A DNA stretch of 24,000 bases from an uncultured Atopobium sp. (GTDB lineage Bacteria; Actinomycetota; Coriobacteriia; Coriobacteriales; Atopobiaceae): assembly GCA_963548345.1 (NCBI GenBank), contig CAUUUQ010000003.1, forward strand, positions 1 to 24,000, in the 5' to 3' direction. Shown in pieces: positions 15,207 to 23,040 of the stretch (position 1 is its first letter; each line of letters starts with the position of its first letter). Below the pieces are notes generated by a model that saw nothing but the letters and a program-made list of their open reading frames with translations, searched no databases and was not told where the DNA came from. Both the position numbers and the translations under genes were made by a program.

Positions 15207-16415
15207 GTGGCGTTTGACCCAGTAAAAGAAGACTACCAGCGGCTTATCCTCCGCTTTGCTCGTACGCAAGTTGGCGACGAGGACAGCATTGCCACGCTGA
15301 TGAAGGACTTCAACTGGCGATTCTCCAACGACCGCGATTCTCTCCCCCAAACAGACGAAGACCGCGCGTTCAACCTGGTTGCTCAGGAGGCCGAAATTGT
15401 TGATTATCGCCTGCCGTTTGTCGAAGAATCTCAGGCGCAGGCCCTTATCGATCAGGGAAAACGCCTCCTCAATCAGGCAATTCAGCTGGACCCCAACTGT
15501 TTTGACGCTCAGCGCATGCTCCACGCCTCAAATAGCAGGCTTTTTGACGCTTACTATCAGTTCCTTGTGGAGAAGCTCCCCCAGGTAGAAGCCGCGTGCT
15601 ACCAGAAGGCGCAAGAGTCCTCGCAGGGACTCCCTGCCGAGCAGGCAGAACTTGCCCAGAGGCTGGCAATCAACCCCTATAAGCGCTGGTTAGCGACGCT
15701 TTCTTCTCGCGCGCTTATCTGCGGTCGAAACAAAGATGCCATCGCATATGGCGAGAAACTCCTGGAACTTGACGCTGCGGACGCAGCCGATGCTCGTTTT
15801 ACGCTTGCACTCGCATACGCAAAACTCGAGGACGAAGACGCCCTCGACAACCTTATGGACCAGTACCGCAAGCTAGATCCGCCTCGTGGGGCAGATGACC
15901 CGTGGATTTTGCTGGCTCGCTTGGCTATACACTTCAAGAAGCGTGAGTTGGTTGAAGCGGAACACTACCTTGACCTGCTGATTGAGCGCTATCCGGAGGC
16001 AACGCTTTGTTGCTTTGTGCAGAAAGATTTGCCCGAGGGAGAGTTCTCTCGCCTCAACGTGCTTCCCTACTCTGAGGACGAGCTCATCATTGCCATTGCA
16101 GAAGCATCTGTGTTGCTGCAAGAAGGAAATGACCTGATAGGACGCGGTGTTCTTGGTCGTTGGCTTGCAGATCAAGTTAGGGCGAGAGACCCTAAGACCG
16201 TTGAACTTGCAGAAAAAGAGCTGCAGATGCAGGCAAATGCTTTGTTCGCTTCGGCAGATTCGTTTCCTGATGGTCCGGGCGCCGCTCCTGACGGCCCGGT
16301 CGGCCCCGGCTTCCCTGACGGCCCCGGCTTCCCCGGAGGCCCCGCTGGTCCGTGGTCAAATGGACCGCATAGTGACGGGCCAAATAACCCACACTCAGGT
16401 GGTGATGCCAAGTGA
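15207..16415 (+). CDS. Hypothetical helical-repeat (TPR-like) protein with a Gly/Pro-rich C-terminal tail
   Basis: 402 aa with a GTG start and GAAAGGA upstream. No signal peptide or TM segment is evident. The tail reads PDGPGAAPDGPVGPGFPDGPGFPGGPAGPWSNGPHSDGP. It is a paralogue of the next ORF. Confidence 0.7.
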   Translation: MAFDPVKEDYQRLILRFARTQVGDEDSIATLMKDFNWRFSNDRDSLPQTDEDRAFNLVAQEAEIVDYRLPFVEESQAQALIDQGKRLLNQAIQLDPNCFDAQRMLHASNSRLFDAYYQFLVEKLPQVEAACYQKAQESSQGLPAEQAELAQRLAINPYKRWLATLSSRALICGRNKDAIAYGEKLLELDAADAADARFTLALAYAKLEDEDALDNLMDQYRKLDPPRGADDPWILLARLAIHFKKRELVEAEHYLDLLIERYPEATLCCFVQKDLPEGEFSRLNVLPYSEDELIIAIAEASVLLQEGNDLIGRGVLGRWLADQVRARDPKTVELAEKELQMQANALFASADSFPDGPGAAPDGPVGPGFPDGPGFPGGPAGPWSNGPHSDGPNNPHSGGDAK

Positions 16416-17440
16416 TAAAGCATTCCGCTAACGACATGGCCAGCGAGCAGGTAGACCGTCTGGTAGCTAAGTGCGCGCAAGAGAAGAACATCGTCTCTGA
16501 AGCTGCTCTCTATGAGTTGAAACTTGCGGTAGAAGCTTCGCCTGAAGACTTTATTGCTGACGAAGAAGAAAAGGCTTTCGCACAATACGTCAACGTCATT
16601 GGCAAGTATCAGGCTGGAATTACTAAAGAAATTGATTCCGATGCTGACTTCTTTGCAAGTCGCATGGACCTGCTTAACCTTTTGCATAATCAGATGACAA
16701 ATATTATTGAAAACCAAGCTCTTGCTAACACAAGCATCAATCTTGAAGCACAGCGAATTCTTGCGCAGATCTCCAACAATCATCCTGCAGCAATCCTCAA
16801 CGACCTACTTGACCTGCAAAAAGAATTTGACCCTATCTTTAGGCCAAAACTAGAGCAAGCAAAGAAAGCTCACGGCGATGCTTGGACCTGCGCTGAAGCT
16901 CGACCACTTTTGCGCCTCTACGCACAGATTGCCCAGGTAGCAACAGATTGCGCCTGTTTCAAGCTCTCCAAAAAAGCCTGTGAAGATCTTCTGTTCTTCT
17001 CGCCAACAGATTTGCTGGGTGCGCGTTTTACCTTGGCATATGTTCTTGCTCGCCTGGAAGATGAGGAAGGGCTCCACAAGCTTGATGAGGATTGCGGATA
17101 TCAATCAAATGCCTGGATGCGACTTGCGTTTACGCTGTTGTTCTTCAAGTTGAATCGCATGTCCGCGGCAAAGCGCGCGCTGAAGGGCTTTGTTAACCTC
17201 GGCGAGGGAGCGGCATATGCACTGCTCAGGCCATCTTTTGTTGATCTCTACATTCCGTGCAGAATTAATTTCACACCTGATACGTTTGCCGAGAACGTTA
17301 TCGCAGTTCACGAGGCCGAGGCGATTATCGCTGACGTACCGGAATTTATTTCATGGGCAGAATCGGTGCCTGGCGTAACTCAGAGCGCTCGCGACTACGC
17401 GTTTAAGGCCGGACTGGACTGGTGGGAAAACGAAGAATAG
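16412..17440 (+). CDS. Hypothetical helical-repeat protein, paralogue of 15207-16415
   Basis: 342 aa. GTG 16412 overlaps the upstream stop (GTGA); ATG 16436 is an alternative start. It shares blocks with the upstream protein, for example ARFTLAYVLARLEDEEGLHKL versus ARFTLALAYAKLEDEDALDNL. Confidence 0.7.
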   Translation: MIKHSANDMASEQVDRLVAKCAQEKNIVSEAALYELKLAVEASPEDFIADEEEKAFAQYVNVIGKYQAGITKEIDSDADFFASRMDLLNLLHNQMTNIIENQALANTSINLEAQRILAQISNNHPAAILNDLLDLQKEFDPIFRPKLEQAKKAHGDAWTCAEARPLLRLYAQIAQVATDCACFKLSKKACEDLLFFSPTDLLGARFTLAYVLARLEDEEGLHKLDEDCGYQSNAWMRLAFTLLFFKLNRMSAAKRALKGFVNLGEGAAYALLRPSFVDLYIPCRINFTPDTFAENVIAVHEAEAIIADVPEFISWAESVPGVTQSARDYAFKAGLDWWENEE

Positions 17441-17489
17441 ATGTAAGCTCAAAATCAGCTCGTTTAGCACTAGAAATCTGCAGCAACTT

Positions 17490-17498
17490 TGATATACT
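17490..17498 (+). promoter_or_regulatory. Extended -10 promoter element for tRNA-Glu
   Basis: TGATATACT (TGn + TATACT) ends 10 nt before the first tRNA base. Confidence 0.4.
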
Positions 17499-17508
17499 TT
17501 TTCTTCGC

Positions 17509-17583
17509 GTCCCCATCGTCTAACGGTTAGGACATCGCCCTTTCAAGGCGGCAATACGGGTTCGATTCCCGTTGGGGGCACCA
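17509..17583 (+). tRNA. tRNA-Glu (anticodon UUC), CCA encoded
   Basis: Manual cloverleaf: acceptor GTCCCCA/TGGGGGC, anticodon stem TCGCC/GGCGG with loop CTTTCAA (TTC at 17542-17544), T arm ACGGG-TTCGATT-CCCGT, then A-CCA. Confidence 0.92.
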
Positions 17584-17595
17584 TAGAACGCAAAT

Positions 17596-17630
17596 CCCAA
17601 GGCAGCGCATGCTCCCTTGGGTTTTTGTTT
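17596..17630 (+). terminator. Terminator after tRNA-Glu
   Basis: CCCAAGG-(12 nt)-CCTTGGG followed by TTTTTGTTTT. Confidence 0.7.
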
Positions 17631-17644
17631 TATTGGACCTCTAT

Positions 17645-18733
17645 TTAACAGTTGGCGAGAAGGACCTTTTGTAGACTCTCAACCGACAGTCCTGCACGCG
17701 CGAGAATGTTGTGGTGAACGTCTGCCTCAAGATACGTATCAGGCATGCCCAAACGTATTACCTGCGGACATGCACCTGAAGCGCTGAGCTGCTCGACAAC
17801 TGCACTGCCGAATCCACCCAAAATGCTGTGCTCTTCAACGGTAATAATCACGTCAGAATGCTGACAGATTTCCGTCAGAGAAGCGCCAAGCGGTTTGATA
17901 TTCGATACTCCGTAGACCTCGATGTTCGTCCGAACGAGAACATCATCCTGCTCTGCAGCTCGCTGAGCCGCCTCGATAACTCGGCTGGTTATCGCACCTG
18001 TTGTAAGAACGATTACGCGCTTAGGCTGAGTGGCGGCTGTGGCTTCGGTAGCCGCTGCTTCGGGCGTCGCTGCGCCGTCTGCGACTGCTGGGTCCACCGT
18101 GTCCGCCGCGCCAGCTGACTCAAAGAGTTTCTCGACACCAGAGTCATCAAAAACGTAACCATCTGGATGCAGATTGACGCCATCGCACGAGGTCATACGC
18201 ACATAAGCTGGTCGTGGATGCCTTGCAAGCTCTATGAGCGTTGCGGCAAGCTGCGCGTTATCAACCGGATTGAACACGGAAAGTCCCGGGATGGTCCTGG
18301 TAACCGCAATATCTTCCACCGCCATGTGAGATGGTCCTGTAGCTGCGGATTCGCAACCAGCAGCAACACCCACAAGCACCACGGGCGACTTCATCATGCC
18401 AAGGTTGACGCGAATCTGATCAAGCGTTCGTGAGGTCAAAAACGTGGCATAGCACGGCGCAAAAACGTGGAAGCCCTCATTTGCGCAGGCAGATGCCACT
18501 TCAATAAGGTTTTGTTCCGCAATTCCGCACTGAATGTAGCCGTCTGGCCTAAGCTCTCGGAAGCGGTCCAAGTTCAGACGACGACCATAGTCGGCCACAG
18601 CAACAGTTAGCAGCTCATCGTCCTCGGCAAGCTTACCCATAACCCAGCCGAACACTTCTTTTGTATTCATACCCGCAAGCAACTGTGACTCTTCCGCAGA
18701 AATTTGCGCTGGCTGCAACGATGTATCTAGCAT
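17645..18733 (-). CDS. Transketolase, pyrimidine-binding + C-terminal subunit (split type), with an Ala/Thr-rich insertion
   Basis: CGIAEQNLIEVASACA (the conserved Glu of the Pyr domain) and FAPCYATFL, followed by the C-terminal domain VIVLTTGAI...NIKPLG...TVEEHSILGGFGS. GAGGAGG is 7 nt from ATG 18733, whereas the track start at 18739 is only 1 nt from the SD. The gene overlaps the upstream stop (ATGCTAG). Confidence 0.88.
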   Translation of the reverse strand: MLDTSLQPAQISAEESQLLAGMNTKEVFGWVMGKLAEDDELLTVAVADYGRRLNLDRFRELRPDGYIQCGIAEQNLIEVASACANEGFHVFAPCYATFLTSRTLDQIRVNLGMMKSPVVLVGVAAGCESAATGPSHMAVEDIAVTRTIPGLSVFNPVDNAQLAATLIELARHPRPAYVRMTSCDGVNLHPDGYVFDDSGVEKLFESAGAADTVDPAVADGAATPEAAATEATAATQPKRVIVLTTGAITSRVIEAAQRAAEQDDVLVRTNIEVYGVSNIKPLGASLTEICQHSDVIITVEEHSILGGFGSAVVEQLSASGACPQVIRLGMPDTYLEADVHHNILARAGLSVESLQKVLLANC

Positions 18734-20466
18734 GAGCATGCCTCCTCTGCGACTTTCAGATCAAGCAATGCCTGCTCATAGAGGTCATCCGTCACACATG
18801 CGTCGTGGAACGAGACGTTATTCTCGGCAAATGAAAGTCCCTTGCCCTTGATGGTGTGCGCGATAATCGCACGAGGCCTGGAAGTTTGCTGCTTCAATGC
18901 GTCGTACAACGCAAGCACATCATGGCCATCTACCTCGACGGACTCAAAACCAAACGCATCAAACTTTCTTGCAATTGACCCGGTGTCCAAAATGGACGCG
19001 CAAGGGCCGTCCAGCTGCATGCGGTTCTGGTCAACAATGACCGTCACGTTGGAGAGCTGGTTGTGACCGATAAACGCGGCGCTCTCCCAAATGGAGCCCT
19101 CGTCGCACTCGCCGTCGCCCACAATACAAAAAACGCGAGAAGAAAGATCTTTTCTGCGAAGGCTTAATCCCAGGCCAGCGGCGTAGCCCAAACCCATTCC
19201 AAGGCTGCCGCCAGAGATTTCAAAGCCACGCTGAGGATCTCGCAGTGGATGCTTAAAGAGAACAGCATCGGGCCCAAAAACTCCGCGGTCGATATCTTCT
19301 TGAGAGATCATTCCTGCACGTAGAAGAGCTGGGAACAGCGCCAGCGATGTATGAGCCTTAGAGAGAATCAAGCGATCTCTAAGCTCCCACTCGCAATCCC
19401 TGAGACCCACCTGCATGACCTTGCTCAAAAGTACGGAGACAATGTCTGCCACGGAACACGCACCGCCAATGTGAAATGGCGTTGAGCTGTAGCGATGTGC
19501 CAGCTCGATGATACCTCGACGCACCTCTAGCGCTTCGTGACGCAGATAAAACTCAAGCTGCGCGCGCTGATCAGAGTCTATTTCTGTAGAAGTCGGCGAT
19601 GCGTCCACGTGCTCTGACTGGCGAACAGAAGAGATGTCCAGAGGCCCCATAGAGCCATCTACCTGCTCAGATACGCCAACAACACTCTGATGTGGAGCAA
19701 GCCAAGTCTGACTCCACTCAATACAATTGCCATCGGACAGCTCAATTACCTGCTCAAGTACAAGCAAAGCCTCGTTTGGAGAACATTGCAGGTAGTCGGC
19801 ATGATCTTTGCCTGCAATTTGCGACTGATAGCGCATGCGAGAGCGCGCAATCTCTTTTTGAGAAGTTCTTTCAACCGCGTCAAAGAGCGACTCATTCTCA
19901 AAGTCTGCCTCTTCAAGCTGCGGACAAACAAGCAGGTTGGACCACGATTCCTGGCATACCACCGGCCTATCCGAGACACTCCTGACACGACGTAAAAAGA
20001 GCACGTCAGAGCCAATTGGAATCTCCAGGTGCTCGGCAACGGCTTGATCTGCAGGAACTACCTGCTTAAAGAGGACTTCAGTTCGATACTCAAAGCCGCC
20101 ATCTCTGAGTGCGGCTGCAAATGAAAGCACGGTATTTCCCGCCGCATGTCGGACGGTGTTAGAAATAACCTGCGTTGCTCGACCCTTTTGAGTAAGCAGC
20201 AAACCCTCTTTGACCAGGGATTGAATGGCTTTTCTGATGGTTCCTCGGCTAACACCATACTGCGTCATGAATTCGGCCTCAGACGGAATGTACGTTCCCG
20301 CCTTCCAGTCTTCTGACAGAATTTTGACACGCATCAAATCTGACAGCTGAACATGAAGAGGTGTAGCAGACGACGTATTAAGTCCTCCCCTGACCTGCGG
20401 AGATAGTGACTCTAGTGATTCGTTCTCAGAAACTAAAACCGGAAAAACTCCTGTCTCAAATGACAT
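18727..20466 (-). CDS. Fusion protein: GntR/HutC-type regulator (winged HTH + UTRA) fused to the transketolase N-terminal TPP-binding subunit
   Basis: A single uninterrupted 579-codon ORF, with GGAGG 4 nt before ATG 20466. Residues ~36-100 form the GntR HTH (IPSEAEFMTQYGVSRGTIRKAIQSLVKEGLL). Residues ~105-265 have a UTRA-like layout, and ~266-305 form an acidic/Ser-rich linker. Residues ~306-579 are the transketolase N-subunit, with the TPP motif GDGECDEGSIWESAAFIGHNQLSNVTVIVDQN. Confidence 0.8.
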   Translation of the reverse strand: MSFETGVFPVLVSENESLESLSPQVRGGLNTSSATPLHVQLSDLMRVKILSEDWKAGTYIPSEAEFMTQYGVSRGTIRKAIQSLVKEGLLLTQKGRATQVISNTVRHAAGNTVLSFAAALRDGGFEYRTEVLFKQVVPADQAVAEHLEIPIGSDVLFLRRVRSVSDRPVVCQESWSNLLVCPQLEEADFENESLFDAVERTSQKEIARSRMRYQSQIAGKDHADYLQCSPNEALLVLEQVIELSDGNCIEWSQTWLAPHQSVVGVSEQVDGSMGPLDISSVRQSEHVDASPTSTEIDSDQRAQLEFYLRHEALEVRRGIIELAHRYSSTPFHIGGACSVADIVSVLLSKVMQVGLRDCEWELRDRLILSKAHTSLALFPALLRAGMISQEDIDRGVFGPDAVLFKHPLRDPQRGFEISGGSLGMGLGYAAGLGLSLRRKDLSSRVFCIVGDGECDEGSIWESAAFIGHNQLSNVTVIVDQNRMQLDGPCASILDTGSIARKFDAFGFESVEVDGHDVLALYDALKQQTSRPRAIIAHTIKGKGLSFAENNVSFHDACVTDDLYEQALLDLKVAEEACSC

Positions 20467-20654
20467 AGGTCCTCCGAAGTGAGTAAGAAATTAGTCATGC
20501 ATACGTTAGGTACAAGACAAGTAGTATACAAGTTTCTGAAAGAGAACAGAATAGGAGTTATGCGTCTTTTCATCTGTTATAACGCCACTTGAATTTAAAA
20601 GCTCTATTTACTGATCGATAGAAAGAGAAGACTTATTCATAGCTTCTCCTTATG

Positions 20655-20686
20655 AAAAAAGCGGCTACACGATGGCAACCGCTTTT
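20655..20686 (-). terminator. Terminator downstream of tRNA-Leu
   Basis: AAGCGG...CCGCTT stem flanked by A6 on the plus strand, which gives a U6 run on the minus-strand transcript. Confidence 0.6.
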
Positions 20687-20763
20687 CGGTCTCGGTTCCG
20701 TAGAATGTCAACGAGACGTATCACTAACAATAATCTGAACATTAATTTATTCTGCAACAAAAG

Positions 20764-20848
20764 TGGTAGGGGCGGCGGGACTCGAACCCGCAAGACCGAA
20801 GTCGAGGGATTTTAAGTCCCCTGCGTCTGCCAATTCCGCCACGCCCCC
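20764..20848 (-). tRNA. tRNA-Leu (anticodon UAA), CCA encoded
   Basis: The reverse complement gives acceptor GGGGGCG/CGCCCCT, D arm GCGGAATTGGCAGACGC, anticodon loop CTTAAAA (TAA at 20812-20814), a long variable arm CGACTTCGGTC, T arm GCGGG-TTCGAGT-CCCGC, then A-CCA. Total 85 nt. Confidence 0.92.
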
Positions 20849-20877
20849 GGATATGTCTAGCTATTATGCCACTACTT

Positions 20878-21861
20878 TTAATTCAGCGGGCGCAAAATTG
20901 GCTGCCAAATCACAGGCGACTGCTTTCCCTGGTGAACGGCAGCGGCAGTTATCACCAGGCCAAAGAGCAAATCACTCTCGCTTACTACAAGGTGTTTAAA
21001 GCCTGAATTTTTCATCAATTCTGCAAGCAAAATAGTTCCCGCAAGCATGACGGGCGCGCGTTTTGCCTGAAGTCCCGTTATGTCTTCTCGCTCCTTTAGC
21101 GTTTTGCTGGCGAGAAGCCTCTCTATCTGCAACACCTCGTCAAGCGAAATGTGGTTGAGGTGCACCTTTGACGGGTCGTACGGGTCAAGATAATCCCTGA
21201 TGGCAATGAGGCTGGTTGCGGTTCCGCCGACGCCAATCAAAAGCTCTGGTGCTGCACACTGCTGCTGAGCTCGGCCAATAGCCTCAGACATCATCTGGGC
21301 TGCCATTTGGTGAGCTCCATCAATGTCCTCAGCTGATGGGTGATCTGCCGATAGGTTAAAACGCTCAGTCAGGCGCCTGCAACCAAGGTCAACGGATTCG
21401 ACAAAGTTGATGTCGAGCTGCTGGCCCGCCAGCGTGCCAACGACCAGCTCAGTTGAGCCGCCGCCGCTGTCGGCAACAAGAATGCGATGATTCTCAAAAT
21501 CATGAGAGACGCCCAAAAATGTGAGCGCACCTTCAATCTCACCTGGAATAATCATGGGCTCAAGTCCCAGCGAGGCTAGACCCATTCCCAGATCAGGAGC
21601 ATTTTCTGCATCGCGAGCGGCGCTTGTGAGCGTGCATACAACCGCCTCAGCGCCCTCTTTTCTCGCATGGTCAACGTAGGAAGAAACGCAACCAACGCAT
21701 CGATGAATTGCCTCAGGTAACAGGCGTTTTGTTTTATCAACGCCTTCGCCCAAGTTGACAATCTCGGTGTATTTAGCCATGCGAATGACGCGACCGTCCT
21801 CTACCTGCGCAAGCGCAAGTCGAGCGGTTACGGTTCCAATATCAATTGCAGCTAGAAGCAT
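20878..21861 (-). CDS. ppx: Ppx/GppA-family phosphatase (exopolyphosphatase-like)
   Basis: 327 aa. It has ASKHA-fold phosphate motifs AAIDIGTVTARL and LVADSGGGSTELV, plus IGVGGTATSL. Its ATG overlaps the upstream stop (TAATG). Confidence 0.88.
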   Translation of the reverse strand: MLLAAIDIGTVTARLALAQVEDGRVIRMAKYTEIVNLGEGVDKTKRLLPEAIHRCVGCVSSYVDHARKEGAEAVVCTLTSAARDAENAPDLGMGLASLGLEPMIIPGEIEGALTFLGVSHDFENHRILVADSGGGSTELVVGTLAGQQLDINFVESVDLGCRRLTERFNLSADHPSAEDIDGAHQMAAQMMSEAIGRAQQQCAAPELLIGVGGTATSLIAIRDYLDPYDPSKVHLNHISLDEVLQIERLLASKTLKEREDITGLQAKRAPVMLAGTILLAELMKNSGFKHLVVSESDLLFGLVITAAAVHQGKQSPVIWQPILRPLN

Positions 21862-22841
21862 TAGTGTGAGTTCCCACTATCAGACTTTGAGTTTTCGGCG
21901 CCGGATCCCTCAGAAGAGCCACCCTCACCGGAGTTTTTCTCCTCATGAGACTCCCCTGGAGCAGGCGCAGACGTAGGATCGTCAGAGTTTGCGCTCTTAG
22001 GGGCCTCAGTATTGCCGGAATCGCCTGGAGTGAAACCAAAAACAAAGTCTCCCACCTTGATGTACCAAGGATAATCAGGGCGCTGAACGGTATTCTCGTC
22101 CTTCTTCTTATCAAGGCCCTCTACCCGCGCAGATTCCTCGCCGCCAGAAACTAGGCCCTGCTTATGGGCCTCATCGATGATGCCCTCTTTTGTCTGCAGA
22201 CCCTGAACCTCGGACTCAAGACGTTTTTGATCTTCCTCAAGCTTCTGCTGATTTAGCAGCAACTCGTCATGCTCGCGAACAGCGTGGTAGTAGCCGCGAA
22301 TTGGCGGATACAAACCCACAAGCAGGAAGATTACAACGCCGAGAAACACAACAAGCTTGGTGTGGTTACGTGCAAAATCAAGCGCGTTGTCTTTAAGCTC
22401 TACCAAAGAAGCTACGCTGAACTGCGGTTTATTTGTTCTTTCAGACTTCTGACCGCGCTCGGAACTTTGGCCTCGCTCAGGCCTCTGTCCGTGCTCGGAC
22501 CTCTGACCTCGCTCAGGCCTCTGCGTCCTATCAATTTTTTGAACAGGAGCAGTTCTTTTAGGCTTTGTGTCCCTGGAACTTTTCTGAGAAGAAGTGTCTT
22601 TTGAAGCCGCAGCGTCTTTTGGGGCTGTCGCAGGCTTTTCAGACTCAACTGCATTTGATTCAGATTTGGACTTCTTATCTACCTGGGGTTTCTCGGACTT
22701 TTTAGATGGAAATATTTTGAGAGCACCAGAGGTGTGCTCCGCGGCAGCCTCTTTAAGAGGCTCGACGGAACGCTTGGTGGGCGTTGTTTTTCTTTTTGTA
22801 CCACTCTTTTTAGTGGTGTCTTGACTCATCACGGATCTCAT
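21861..22841 (-). CDS. Septum formation initiator family protein (FtsB/DivIC-like) with long disordered flanks
   Basis: A single TM segment LVVFLGVVIFLLVGLYPP is followed by a coiled coil LLLNQQKLEEDQKRLESEVQGLQTKEGIIDEAHKQGLV. The N-terminal 140 aa are Lys/Ser/Thr-rich and the C-terminal region is Ser/Gly/Glu-rich. The position between mazG and ppx is typical for actinobacteria. The start could be ATG 22841 or ATG 22829. Confidence 0.75.
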   Translation of the reverse strand: MRSVMSQDTTKKSGTKRKTTPTKRSVEPLKEAAAEHTSGALKIFPSKKSEKPQVDKKSKSESNAVESEKPATAPKDAAASKDTSSQKSSRDTKPKRTAPVQKIDRTQRPERGQRSEHGQRPERGQSSERGQKSERTNKPQFSVASLVELKDNALDFARNHTKLVVFLGVVIFLLVGLYPPIRGYYHAVREHDELLLNQQKLEEDQKRLESEVQGLQTKEGIIDEAHKQGLVSGGEESARVEGLDKKKDENTVQRPDYPWYIKVGDFVFGFTPGDSGNTEAPKSANSDDPTSAPAPGESHEEKNSGEGGSSEGSGAENSKSDSGNSH

Positions 22842-23001
22842 TTCTGGTTTGTTTGGTGATGCGTCGCAACAAATTGCAACATCTTTATTATGGCAGAGGC
22901 AGCGCCGCTAGCCCTGCCTCAGTTTAGAATTTCATCGTTTCAGCGAATAGAAGTCATCAGCTTAGCGACAAATCATGTGCCCTGCAACGTGGTTGGTGCA
23001 G

Positions 23002-23040
23002 CTCATTTGCGCAGGTCATCTACGCAGTTCATTTACGCAT
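23002..23040. repeat. Degenerate 13-bp tandem repeat x3
   Basis: CTCATTTGCGCAG / GTCATCTACGCAG / TTCATTTACGCAT. The third unit overlaps the mazG stop codon (23033-23035). Confidence 0.85.

Noticed and set aside
20763-20999. 78-aa plus-strand ORF
   Set aside because: It overlaps tRNA-Leu (antisense) and the 3' end of ppx, so it is not credible as a gene.
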